A stretch of DNA of 52,940 nucleotides from Bacteroidota bacterium (GTDB taxonomy: Bacteria; Bacteroidota; Ignavibacteria; UBA10030): positions 1 to 52,940 of the forward strand of contig JADGQA010000001.1 in the NCBI GenBank assembly GCA_017882185.1, read 5' to 3'. The notes beneath the pieces are model-generated. The model made no database searches. It had not been told where the DNA came from and saw only the letters and a program-made list of their open reading frames with translations. This document shows, in pieces, positions 17,696 through 26,896 of this stretch (its first letter is position 1; every line of letters starts with the position of its first letter). Position numbers and translations under genes: made by a program.

Positions 17696-20116
17696 ATGAA
17701 AATTTCCCATAGCTGGTTGCAGAAATATGTAGACTTCAAATTCCAACCGCACGAGATGGTGGAAGGTCTCACGATGCTCGGATTGGAAGTGGAGAGTTTT
17801 GAAGACCTGGCGAAGAAATACGATCGCTTCGTCGTTGGTGAAGTGATCGAACGTGCCAAGCATCCCAATGCAGATCGGCTTACTCTGTGTAAAGTAAACT
17901 CAGGCAAGGAAGTCCAGGAAATCGTGTGTGGTGCACCGAATGTTGCTGCAGGGCAGAAAGTAGCCGTCGCACTGGTCGGGGCAACGATCCCGCACAATCA
18001 ACACGATCCCGATGGAAATCCATTTGTCCTCGAACGCGCAAAGATTCGCGGCGTGGAATCCAACGGAATGATCTGTTCGGCTTTCGAATTGGGATTGGGA
18101 GAGGATTCCTCAGGTATCATTGTCCTTGATTCAGGCGCAATGGCAGGTACGCCTCTGGCCAAATATCTGGGGCAGACGGATGTCATTTACGAAATTGGAA
18201 TAACTCCGAACCGCGCAGACTGCCTGAGCCACATCGGCATTGCGAGAGAAGTGGGTCTGCTTTCGGAGAAGAAGGTTCGGATTCCCAGGGTCCGGCTCAA
18301 GGAGAGCACTACGCCAAGTGCGAGGCAGGCGAAGATCATGATCGAGGACAAAGATGGTTGTCCAAGGTATTCCGCCAGGGTCTTACGCAATGTCAAGATA
18401 GAACCATCTCCCAAATGGCTGCAAGATCTGTTGACATCGGTTGGCATTCGACCCATCAACAACGTTGTCGATGTCACCAACTATGTTCTGATGGAGACAG
18501 GACAACCTCTCCACGCATTTGACTACGACAAACTCGCCGATCACACGATTGTAGTCAAACGGGCGAAGAGTGGGGAAAAGTTTACGACGCTCGACGGCAA
18601 GGAACGAACGCTGAACGCTGAGACGTTGATGATCTGCGATGCCCAGCGCCCTGTCGCCATCGCCGGAGTTATGGGGGGCGGCAATTCCGAGATTACGAAT
18701 GGTACCACCAACATTCTCATCGAGAGCGCATTTTTCGATCCGAGCAGCATCCGTAAGACTTCAAAGTACCTCGGTCTTTCGACAGAAGCCTCCTACCGGT
18801 TTGAACGGGGAACCGACATCGGCATTACGACGTATGCCGCCGACCGGGCGGCACAGATGATTCAGGAACTGACGGGTGCCGAAGTACTCAAAGGTGCCCT
18901 CGATGCTCGTGGTCGAAAGCAGAAAGAGCTGAAAATCAAATTGAGAGTCTCACGTACCAATCGGGTTCTCGGAACCGGGCTGACGAAGATTCAAATCAAG
19001 GATTTTCTCTCAAAGGTTGGGATCATTTCAAAATCTCTCGCGAAGGATGTGCTTGAAACCCTTGTCCCGACATACCGGATCGACGTCGGTCAGGAAATAG
19101 ATTTGATCGAGGAGGTTGCCCGGGTTTACGGATACAATAATATTGAGACGAAAACTATCTCTTCGATCGATTTCTCGAACTCTGTGTTTGCGGATCGAGT
19201 CGAAACCGATGTCCGCAACTATTTTTCCAACGCCGGATTTAACGAGATGGTTGCGAATAGTCTGCAGGATGCAGCGACTGCCGCCCTTCCAGGACTGCCA
19301 ACAGTGAAGATGCTTAACCCGGTGAGTGTCGAAATGTCCACCATGCGAACAAGCCTGGTTCCGGGAGCACTGCAAATCGTCCGTCACAACAGAAATCACG
19401 GGAACAAGTATTTGCGTCTCTTCGAGCTGGGGAAAGTTTATTCTGTCGGAAAATCAACGAGCGCCGAGTCGTTGGAGGGCTTTCGAGAGGAAGACAGGCT
19501 GCTGATTCTCATGAGTGGCAAGCCAGTCACCGCAGGAACCGGGATTCAGCCGCACGAAACGGATATATTGGATCTTAAAGGGGAGGTTGAGGCCTTCCTT
19601 GCCAAGGTTTGCCTTGACAAATACCGCTTTATTTCTTATGATACCCGCAGTGCTTTAACTGATTCGACGATTTCAATAGAAATCAACGGACTAGGCGCAG
19701 GAGTTCTCGGAAGAGTGAAGGGGGAACTCACAACGAAGTTCGATATCGACGATCCCGTGTTCGTTTGTGAGCTTGCACTTGAAATACTTTCGAAAGGGAT
19801 GCAGTCAGCACGAAGGTATGTTCCACTTCCGAAATTTCCTTCGGTGACAAGAGACTTGGCTTTTGTCGTGGATGGTTCAGTAACGCAGCAGTCTCTTGAG
19901 CAGACAATACGCGAGTCAGGAAAGCCGTTGTTGGCGTCGGTTGTTCTTTTTGATGAATACAGGGATGACAGGATCGGCGCCGGCAAGAAAAGTCTAGCAT
20001 ACGCGTTAGAATTTCAGTCGCAGGATCACACGCTCACTGATCGGGAATCCGACCAGTTGATTACTCGCATCGTCGATGCGGCGCGTAATGAATGCGGCGC
20101 TGTTCTGCGCAGTTAA
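17696..20116 (+). CDS. pheT: phenylalanine--tRNA ligase beta subunit
   Basis: The 806-aa protein has an N-terminal tRNA-binding domain (HPNADRLTLCKV, GVESNGMICS), B3/4 and B5 domains, and a C-terminal FDX-ACB-like domain. Confidence 0.95.
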   Translation: MKISHSWLQKYVDFKFQPHEMVEGLTMLGLEVESFEDLAKKYDRFVVGEVIERAKHPNADRLTLCKVNSGKEVQEIVCGAPNVAAGQKVAVALVGATIPHNQHDPDGNPFVLERAKIRGVESNGMICSAFELGLGEDSSGIIVLDSGAMAGTPLAKYLGQTDVIYEIGITPNRADCLSHIGIAREVGLLSEKKVRIPRVRLKESTTPSARQAKIMIEDKDGCPRYSARVLRNVKIEPSPKWLQDLLTSVGIRPINNVVDVTNYVLMETGQPLHAFDYDKLADHTIVVKRAKSGEKFTTLDGKERTLNAETLMICDAQRPVAIAGVMGGGNSEITNGTTNILIESAFFDPSSIRKTSKYLGLSTEASYRFERGTDIGITTYAADRAAQMIQELTGAEVLKGALDARGRKQKELKIKLRVSRTNRVLGTGLTKIQIKDFLSKVGIISKSLAKDVLETLVPTYRIDVGQEIDLIEEVARVYGYNNIETKTISSIDFSNSVFADRVETDVRNYFSNAGFNEMVANSLQDAATAALPGLPTVKMLNPVSVEMSTMRTSLVPGALQIVRHNRNHGNKYLRLFELGKVYSVGKSTSAESLEGFREEDRLLILMSGKPVTAGTGIQPHETDILDLKGEVEAFLAKVCLDKYRFISYDTRSALTDSTISIEINGLGAGVLGRVKGELTTKFDIDDPVFVCELALEILSKGMQSARRYVPLPKFPSVTRDLAFVVDGSVTQQSLEQTIRESGKPLLASVVLFDEYRDDRIGAGKKSLAYALEFQSQDHTLTDRESDQLITRIVDAARNECGAVLRS

Positions 20117-20132
20117 CATTGAGCGTATCCGA

Positions 20133-20498
20133 ATGAATCCAACTGGGACTCCCCCGTTACCGGACGTGCACGAGGATACCGAGCCCGCCAGCAAGATGCA
20201 TCTGAAACATCTGGCGGAATCGATTCAGGAGTTGTGGGCAAAGGCCCGCCGCGTGTCTGACCTGCTTCTTCAGGTGCGAGCGGAGAACGCCCAGTTGAAA
20301 ACGAGGAATGCGGAGCTCGAACGGTCTGAGCGGGAGATCAAATCACGACTGGAGCAACGCGAGCAGGAACTGCACAAACTAAGGATCGAGTTGGTGCAGC
20401 TGCAGTCAAACGGAAACAGCATCTACTCAAAAGAGGAGAAGGATGAATTGAGGACAAAGATCAAAGAGCTGATTTCGAAAATCAATTCGCGTCTCTAG
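20133..20498 (+). CDS. coiled-coil protein, ZapB-like / cell-division associated (hypothetical)
   Basis: The start is trimmed to the ATG at 20133, after the pheT stop. The protein has a heptad-rich segment (QLKTRNAELERSEREIKSRLEQREQELHKLRIELVQLQ) and lies directly upstream of zapA. Confidence 0.45.
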   Translation: MNPTGTPPLPDVHEDTEPASKMHLKHLAESIQELWAKARRVSDLLLQVRAENAQLKTRNAELERSEREIKSRLEQREQELHKLRIELVQLQSNGNSIYSKEEKDELRTKIKELISKINSRL

Positions 20499-20585
20499 AG
20501 GTTCAAGCTCCAAACGTATCACGGTTCATGCAATCACATTGACGTACCAACGGACGAGTTTCCGATAATAGGAACGACACACGGT

Positions 20586-20894
20586 ATGACCGGCAAGAGC
20601 ATCAAAGTCAAGATCTTTGGGACCGATTATCCATTGCGTGGGGAGAATGAGGATTTCACCAAGAAAGTAGCCTCACACGTGGATTCGATGCTGAACCGGA
20701 TTCACGAAAAAATACCGGAGCAGCCACCACTGACCGTGGCTGTCCTGACCGCACTTAATATTACTGAAGAAATGCTGAAGGAACGGGATCAGCAACAGGA
20801 AGCTGTCGATTATTTGGAAGCTGAAATTACCAAACTCTCCAACTATCTCGATAATTGTATGATATCGGAGAGTGGGGGAATCGAAGTCCGATAA
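20586..20894 (+). CDS. zapA: cell division protein ZapA
   Basis: The 102-aa protein has IKVKIFGTDYPLRGE followed by a coiled-coil tail, the typical ZapA architecture. Confidence 0.8.
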   Translation: MTGKSIKVKIFGTDYPLRGENEDFTKKVASHVDSMLNRIHEKIPEQPPLTVAVLTALNITEEMLKERDQQQEAVDYLEAEITKLSNYLDNCMISESGGIEVR

Positions 20895-20952
20895 GTATCG
20901 GTCGTTCAATTGTTCTTTGCATACTATGACGAGCGGATTTGTTCGAAAGTTC

Positions 20953-21200
20953 AAACCGCACCGTTAACCGTGATCATACCATATTAAAGAACCTTACAAT
21001 TCATTTAATATGGGAGTTTGACTCATAAACGTGGAGCGCAGGCCACCTCCCCGCCCAAAGCGAGGAAGCTTCGCGATGACGCCCGGCAATCGCCGGGACG
21101 AGCGAGTGAGTGGAAGTGTAAAATGTTTAGGCAAACCCCCACCGTGTAACGAAGAGGTTCTTCAATACACATGATCGTTGGTCAGCGAGTGCGGTTTTTT
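20953..21200 (+). ncRNA. candidate structured small RNA (6S/SsrS-like by genomic context; identity unproven)
   Basis: The 345-bp zapA-rny gap contains no ORF. The 5' segment 20953-20998 pairs almost continuously with 21145-21200. The next helix is TGGGAGTTTG (21011-21020) / CAAACCCCCA (21132-21141), flanked by asymmetric internal loops. The apical region is GC-rich with local hairpins, and the terminal helix is followed by T6. Confidence 0.4.
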
Positions 21201-21239
21201 ATTGTTTATGGCGATGAAGATTTGACCTGAGGAGAGACT

Positions 21240-22802
21240 ATGCAAATCTACATGTATATATTGCTTGGCGCGGCTATCGGCTTTGTGGCATTTTTCTCAG
21301 GCTGGCTGCTAAACGCCAGGATGGGGAAGAACAGGATTCTCAATGCCGAGGATCGTGTCAAGAGGATTCTCGAAGATGCGGAGAAAGAAGCGGCAAACCT
21401 GAAGAAAGAGAAGATTCTGGAGGCGAAGGACGAATGGTACAAACGGAAAAAGGAATTCGATTCGGATGTGCAGTCCAAGCGCAGCAAACTCCAGGTCTCA
21501 GAAAAGCAACTTGCCAATCGCGAGGAGAACGTCGAGCGAAAGCTCGACCTTTTGAACAAGAAGGAAGTCAACCTCCAGGCCTCCGAGCGCGACCTTCAGG
21601 AGAAGGCAAAACGGATTGAAGAGAAGGAAAAAGATTTCACAAGGTTGGTGGAAGAAGAGAATAACCGCCTGGAACGAATCTCGGGCTTTTCCCGCGAAGA
21701 AGCGAAAAAGCAGCTGGTTGAGAATCTCGTTGAAACCGCGAAGGATGAAGCGACCCAAATGTTGAAGGAAATTCGCGACCACGCAAAGCAGGATGCGAGA
21801 AAAGAGGCACAGAAAGTCATCGTTCAGGCTATTCAACGGTCCGCTGCCGACCATACCGTGGAAACGAGTGTCAGCGTCCTCAACCTTGAGAGTGATGAAA
21901 TGAAAGGACGCATTATCGGCCGCGAGGGAAGGAACATCCGCGCATTTGAAGCGGCGACCGGCGTCGATGTCATCGTCGACGACACTCCGGAAGCAGTCAT
22001 TCTATCCGGATTCGACCCGTTCCGACGCCAGGTGGCGAGGATGTCACTGGAACGACTGATCGCTGACGGAAGGATCCATCCTGCACGGATCGAAGAGGTA
22101 GTCGAAAAAGTGCGCAAGGAGCTGGAAGAAGAGATCGTCCATCTTGGTGAGAATACCTTGCTTGAGATCGGTCTCCACAGCGCGCACGCTGAAATAGTGA
22201 AGCATATCGGCAAAATGAAATACCGGTCGAGTTATGGCCAGAACCTGCTCCAACACAGCATTGAGGTTGCATATCTGTGCGGGATCATGGCTGCCGAGCT
22301 GAAACTCGACACGATGCTGGCAAAACGTGCTGGGTTGCTCCACGATATCGGCAAGACGATCGACAAGAGCGTCGAGGGGCCGCATGCGTTGCTTGGCATG
22401 GAGTTGTGCAAGAAATTCAATGAGAACCTCATCGTCTGCAACGCCGTCGGTTCCCACCACGAAGACATCCCGATGGAACATCCCATCGCGGCCCTCGTGC
22501 AGGCTGCCGACGCAATCAGCGGCGCGCGCCCCGGAGCCCGTCGTGAATCGGTGGAGGACTACATCAAGCGACTTGAAAAACTCGAGAACGTTGCGAAAGG
22601 CTTCAACGGAGTACTCAACGTGTATGCGATCCAGGCCGGCCGAGAAGTCAGAGTGATTGTGAGTCACGAGAAACTCGATGATGCGGCTGCCGATCAGCTC
22701 TCTCACGACATCGCAAATAAGATACAACAAGAGATGGAGTACCCCGGCCAAATCAAAGTAGTGGTAATCAGGGAATTCCGGTCAGTGGCGGTCGCAAAAT
22801 AG
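21240..22802 (+). CDS. rny: ribonuclease Y
   Basis: The protein has an N-terminal TM, a long Lys/Glu coiled coil, a KH domain (GRIIGREGRNIRAFE) and an HD domain (LLHDIGK ... GSHHED). Confidence 0.95.
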   Translation: MQIYMYILLGAAIGFVAFFSGWLLNARMGKNRILNAEDRVKRILEDAEKEAANLKKEKILEAKDEWYKRKKEFDSDVQSKRSKLQVSEKQLANREENVERKLDLLNKKEVNLQASERDLQEKAKRIEEKEKDFTRLVEEENNRLERISGFSREEAKKQLVENLVETAKDEATQMLKEIRDHAKQDARKEAQKVIVQAIQRSAADHTVETSVSVLNLESDEMKGRIIGREGRNIRAFEAATGVDVIVDDTPEAVILSGFDPFRRQVARMSLERLIADGRIHPARIEEVVEKVRKELEEEIVHLGENTLLEIGLHSAHAEIVKHIGKMKYRSSYGQNLLQHSIEVAYLCGIMAAELKLDTMLAKRAGLLHDIGKTIDKSVEGPHALLGMELCKKFNENLIVCNAVGSHHEDIPMEHPIAALVQAADAISGARPGARRESVEDYIKRLEKLENVAKGFNGVLNVYAIQAGREVRVIVSHEKLDDAAADQLSHDIANKIQQEMEYPGQIKVVVIREFRSVAVAK

Positions 22803-22808
22803 TACGGG

Positions 22809-23471
22809 ATGGTAAATCCGTCCACAGTAGTGTTCGGCAGAATGGCTGGCAAACAACGATTCATAGCGATAGGAGTCACGGGAGGGATTGGGAGCGGAAA
22901 AACCGAAGTCTGCAGAATCTTTGAGAGACTCGGCGTACCCGTTCTGTCTGCAGATATTATAGCGAAGGAAATCAGTAATTACGATCCTCGCGTGCGACAG
23001 CTCCTGATCGGAATTCTTGGACCGAAGACCTATACCTCCGACGGTGTGCTTGATCGTGCTTATGTCGCTTCCAGAGTCTTCTCAAGCAAGAGTATCCAAA
23101 AGAGAATCAACGCAATTATTCATCCGCGGGTTGAGGAAGAGGTAAAGCGAAGATTCCTGGAAATGGAGCGAACAGGGACTCGAATCGGAATTGTCGAAGC
23201 GGCGTTGATCTTTGAAGCGGGACTCGATCGATTGCTTGACGCTGTTGTAGTCATCGATGCAGCAGAAGACAGCAGGATTGACCGTGTTATGAAACGGGAC
23301 AGTACAACCCGCCCCTCTGTTCTCGATCGGATGAGCGCGCAAATGGATCCTGAATCGAAACTAAAGAAAGCTGACTATGTCCTTCACAATGAAGGGACAA
23401 TTGAAGAACTCGAACAAAGGGTGAAGTTTCTCTACTCCATCTTTCAGAAACTGACGGAACAAGATTCATGA
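22809..23471 (+). CDS. coaE: dephospho-CoA kinase
   Basis: The P-loop is IGVTGGIGSGKT, and the rest follows the CoaE pattern. The alternative ATG at 22842 would give a more typical N-terminal length. Confidence 0.85.
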   Translation: MVNPSTVVFGRMAGKQRFIAIGVTGGIGSGKTEVCRIFERLGVPVLSADIIAKEISNYDPRVRQLLIGILGPKTYTSDGVLDRAYVASRVFSSKSIQKRINAIIHPRVEEEVKRRFLEMERTGTRIGIVEAALIFEAGLDRLLDAVVVIDAAEDSRIDRVMKRDSTTRPSVLDRMSAQMDPESKLKKADYVLHNEGTIEELEQRVKFLYSIFQKLTEQDS

Positions 23472-24655
23472 ATGAACCAATCCTTGAAAGGGAACAGCAG
23501 CTCTTTTTCCATACCTATAAGCGACTCCACCTTGAAGTCGAAAGGGGTGAGGGGTGTTACCTGTTCACAAAAGACGGAACGCGATATCTGGATTTCTTTG
23601 GCGGAATTGCGGTAAACGCTCTGGGCTACAATCACCCGAGGCTCTGCAGGGCAATCGAAGAGCAAATCCACAAATACATTCACGTTTCGAATTACTTCGT
23701 TCAGCAGCCCCAGGTCAAGCTTGCCGAGAAAATTCTCTCAGCGAGCAAGTTTCAAAGGATATTCTTCACAAACAGCGGCACGGAAGCAACAGAAGGTGCC
23801 ATCAAACTTGCCCGCAAATGGGGAAAATCTCTGGGTAAGACTCAGTTGTTCGGGCTGTCCAATGCATTTCACGGGAGGACGATGGGAGCGCTCTCCCTGA
23901 TGGACAAGCAAAAATACCGCGATGGATACGAGCCATTCGTTGAAAACTTCGGTCATCTGAAGTTTAACGATGTCGATGAGTTGCGACGTGCGGTGAATGA
24001 AAAAACCCTCGGTGTGTTCGTAGAGTTTGTCCAGGGGGAAGGCGGAATATTCATCGTGAGCCAGGAATATGCCCGAGAACTCCAATCACTCAGGGAAAAA
24101 TACAGATTCCTCATTATCGGCGATGAAATCCAGAGTGGTGTCGGACGAACCGGAAAGCTCTTCGGGTATATGCATACCGGGGTAACGCCGGACATTGTCA
24201 TGATGGCGAAGCCCATTGGAGGTGGTTTGCCTCTCGGTGCCATCCTGGGTAACGATCGGGTTGCAGAAACATTCACTTATGGAGTACACGGAACGACCTT
24301 TGGTGGAAATCCGGTTGCGTGTGCTGCGGGGCTTGTAGTGCTCGAAGAGGTTCTCGATAAGGGACTGATGCGCCACGCGGAAGAAATTGGAGTCTACCTT
24401 AGCGCACGGCTGATGCAACTCAAGAAAGACTTTCCTGCATTGGTCACCGACGTTCGCGGATTTGGTTGTATGATAGGCCTGGAGTTGTCAATGGACGGAC
24501 AGGCTGTTGTCGATGCGATGCAGCGTCGGCAGATTCTGGTGAACTGCACTAACGTAAACGTGTTGCGGTTTGTTCCGCCACTCATCATCACGAAGGAACA
24601 ATGTGACGACTTGATCACAGCTCTTCGTTCCGTTTTTGAGGACCTGAAGAAGTAA
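23468..24655 (+). CDS. argD: class III (acetylornithine/ornithine-type) aminotransferase
   Basis: Supporting motifs are FTNSGTEATEGAIKLAR, DEIQSGVGRTGK, the PLP lysine region MMAKPIGGGLPLG, and TFGGNP. The start overlaps the coaE stop by 4 nt. Substrate specificity cannot be determined from the sequence alone. Confidence 0.75.
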   Translation: MNEPILEREQQLFFHTYKRLHLEVERGEGCYLFTKDGTRYLDFFGGIAVNALGYNHPRLCRAIEEQIHKYIHVSNYFVQQPQVKLAEKILSASKFQRIFFTNSGTEATEGAIKLARKWGKSLGKTQLFGLSNAFHGRTMGALSLMDKQKYRDGYEPFVENFGHLKFNDVDELRRAVNEKTLGVFVEFVQGEGGIFIVSQEYARELQSLREKYRFLIIGDEIQSGVGRTGKLFGYMHTGVTPDIVMMAKPIGGGLPLGAILGNDRVAETFTYGVHGTTFGGNPVACAAGLVVLEEVLDKGLMRHAEEIGVYLSARLMQLKKDFPALVTDVRGFGCMIGLELSMDGQAVVDAMQRRQILVNCTNVNVLRFVPPLIITKEQCDDLITALRSVFEDLKK

Positions 24656-25674
24656 TGGAACTCGAATCATCAAACCTGCGTGCACCCGAGCTCTACGGGG
24701 ATCATTGGTTCAATGCCGAACTGATTTCTCTCAGGGATCTTCGCGGGCAAGTTGTCCTCATCGATTTCTGGGACTACACAAACGTAAACTGCATTCACGC
24801 GCTTGCGTACTTGAAAGAATGGCACAGGAAATACGAGGAATTCGGTTTGGTGGTCGTCGGAGTGCATACGCCGGAATTCAAGTTTGCGAAGAAGGTGGAT
24901 GTGGTCGAGCGGGCAATCAACCGGGCACGCATAAGCTACCCGATTGTTCTTGATAACGAAGCGCTCTTGTGGTCCGCCTTTGGTGCGCGTTCCTGGCCGA
25001 CCAAGTTTCTCATTGACAAAGACGGGTACATCCGTTACTCGCATCAGGGCGAAGGCGGTTATCAGCAGTTTGAGCGTGCATTGCAGCAGTTGATCGTGCA
25101 GTCTGGATTTCGCGGACGACTTCCGGACCTAACAGACGCATTGTGGGATACAGATTCTCCGGCGAATCTGCGTCATAGAGCAACCGGAGAGATTCATCTT
25201 GGATATCTGAGGGCCGCGTTGGGCAACAACGACGGCTATAATCCCGAATCCACAATCGACTATGTCGATCCTGAGATTTATCTGCCCGAAAGGTTTTATG
25301 CCAAGGGGAAGTGGCTGAGTACGCGGGAGTGTTTCAGCTTCAAGGGTGCGCCCGGAGAAGTTGGATCGGTAATAATTCAATATGATGCGACTGAGGTGAA
25401 TGCTGTCATTAACCCCAGTACCTCTGGGGTGAACGAAGTCGTTGTTCAACAGGACGGACTCTCTCTGCTCAAGGAATGTCATGGAGAAGATATCGTCGTG
25501 GGCAATGATGGCTCCAGTCTCGTGCTGGTTGATTCTCCGAAAATGTACAACCTGGCGAAGAACAGGGAATTTGGCAATCACAGACTGACCCTCACGACGT
25601 CCTCTCCGGATCTAGAGATTTACACCTTCTCGTTTGCAACTTCCGTCGTTCCGGAATTCTTCCAGCCTAATTAA
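24655..25674 (+). CDS. DipZ C-terminal-like thioredoxin-fold protein with NxxC instead of CxxC
   Basis: VLIDFWDYTNVNCIHALAYLKEW...GLVVVGVHTPEF...ISYPIVLDN...WPTKFLIDKDG aligns by eye to TlpA/DipZ-type redoxins, where the motif is W-x-x-C-x-x-C. There is no signal peptide. Both ends overlap neighbouring genes by 1 nt (TAATG). Confidence 0.6.
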   Translation: MELESSNLRAPELYGDHWFNAELISLRDLRGQVVLIDFWDYTNVNCIHALAYLKEWHRKYEEFGLVVVGVHTPEFKFAKKVDVVERAINRARISYPIVLDNEALLWSAFGARSWPTKFLIDKDGYIRYSHQGEGGYQQFERALQQLIVQSGFRGRLPDLTDALWDTDSPANLRHRATGEIHLGYLRAALGNNDGYNPESTIDYVDPEIYLPERFYAKGKWLSTRECFSFKGAPGEVGSVIIQYDATEVNAVINPSTSGVNEVVVQQDGLSLLKECHGEDIVVGNDGSSLVLVDSPKMYNLAKNREFGNHRLTLTTSSPDLEIYTFSFATSVVPEFFQPN

Positions 25675-26621
25675 TGAAAACCCGCGTTACGGAATTGTTT
25701 CGTATCGACGTTCCGATCATCCAGGCAGGAATGGTATGGACCTCGGGACAGAAACTTGCTGTCGCAGTGTCCGAAGCCGGAGCACTGGGTCTCATCGGCT
25801 CAGGTTCAATGAAACCTGATGTACTGAGAGAACACATCAGGAAGGCGAAAGCGAGGACAAAGAAGCCCTTTGGCGTGAATGTACCGCTCATTCGCAGCGA
25901 TGCCAATGAGCTCATTCAAGCGACGATCGAAGAAGGCGTCAGCATTGTGTTCACATCGTCCGGCCACCCGGGCGAGTTCATGGAGCAACTGAAGAAAGCA
26001 GGATGCACGGTCGTTCACGTCGTTGCTTCCGTGAAGCATGCCAGGAAGGCCTATGAAAGCGGATGCGATGCTGTCGTTGCAGAGGGATTTGAGGCCGGCG
26101 GCCACAATGGCATCGATGAAATCACTACGTTTTGCCTTGTCCCCCAGGTTGTAGATGTCGTACCAATCGCAGTGATTGCCGCAGGTGGAATTGCCGATGG
26201 TCGTCAAATGTGTGCTGCGATGGCTCTCGGTGCGGAAGGAGTTCAGCTTGGGACGCGATTTGCTGCAACTTTGGAAAGCTCATCGCACGAACGGTACAAG
26301 CAAGCTATCGTCGACGCGAATGACAATTCAACTTTGCTAACCCTGAGAAAGGTCACTCCCGTACGCATGATTAAAAATCCGTTTGCACTCAGAGCTCAGG
26401 AAGCAGAAGCGAGAGGAGCAAAGAAAGAAGAATTGCTGGAACTGCTTGGATCAAAGCGCGAAAGGCTGGGAATCTTCGAAGGGAATTGGGAAGAAGGAGA
26501 GTTCGAGGCAGGACAGAGCTCGGGACTTGTCCACGATATTCTACCTGCGGGGGAGGTGGTAAGGAGACTGATGTTGGAATGTGATGCAATGATGGAAAGG
26601 ATTCAAGCGACAATGCGTTGA
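25674..26621 (+). CDS. nitronate monooxygenase / FabK-like NAD(P)H-dependent flavin oxidoreductase
   Basis: PIIQAGMVW, GFEAGGH and AAGGIADGRQ are typical of the NMO (2-nitropropane dioxygenase) / enoyl-ACP reductase II family. Confidence 0.8.
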   Translation: MKTRVTELFRIDVPIIQAGMVWTSGQKLAVAVSEAGALGLIGSGSMKPDVLREHIRKAKARTKKPFGVNVPLIRSDANELIQATIEEGVSIVFTSSGHPGEFMEQLKKAGCTVVHVVASVKHARKAYESGCDAVVAEGFEAGGHNGIDEITTFCLVPQVVDVVPIAVIAAGGIADGRQMCAAMALGAEGVQLGTRFAATLESSSHERYKQAIVDANDNSTLLTLRKVTPVRMIKNPFALRAQEAEARGAKKEELLELLGSKRERLGIFEGNWEEGEFEAGQSSGLVHDILPAGEVVRRLMLECDAMMERIQATMR

Positions 26622-26809
26622 ATCCCAAGTCCGGAATACTGCTTCTCGGAGCAACGTATGGCATTGACCGCAACTGGTTCCTCCCCTAACGCTTCCTGTG
26701 TTTGCAGTTCGTGGACTTCTTTCGTACCTTTTCAGTGTGGTGATTTGAACGACAGCTTGCTCGCCACTCTAAACAAAGAGCTAAAGCGTTGCTCGGAATC
26801 AGACATCGT

Positions 26810-26840
26810 GCCCGGCGCCGCTTCAGTGCTGGGCTTTTTT
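26810..26840 (+). terminator. GC-rich intrinsic terminator in the 300-nt gap upstream of metH
   Basis: The stem GCCCGGCGC / GTGCTGGGC (about 9 bp including wobbles) is followed by TTTTTT (26835-26840). It lies 190 nt after the upstream stop and 85 nt before the metH ATG. Confidence 0.6.
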
Positions 26841-26855
26841 GTTTCACCCATGAAG

Positions 26856-26896
26856 CTACCGAAGGATTAGCGCGGGGTAGCGGAATCCTACGGTAG
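26856..26896 (+). promoter_or_regulatory. 13-bp inverted repeat hairpin/operator candidate just upstream of metH
   Basis: CTACCGAAGGATT ... AATCCTACGGTAG has one mismatch and a 15-nt spacer. It ends 28 nt before the metH ATG. Confidence 0.35.

Noticed and set aside
21040-21115. The central part of the zapA-rny RNA candidate resembles SRP (4.5S) RNA through GAUGACGC and GCCGGGA strings and a GGAAGC.
   Set aside because: The defining helix-8 features of SRP RNA are absent. These are a GNRA tetraloop closed by a short stem and the flanking AGCA/GGA symmetric loop. The similarity is probably chance in GC-rich sequence.
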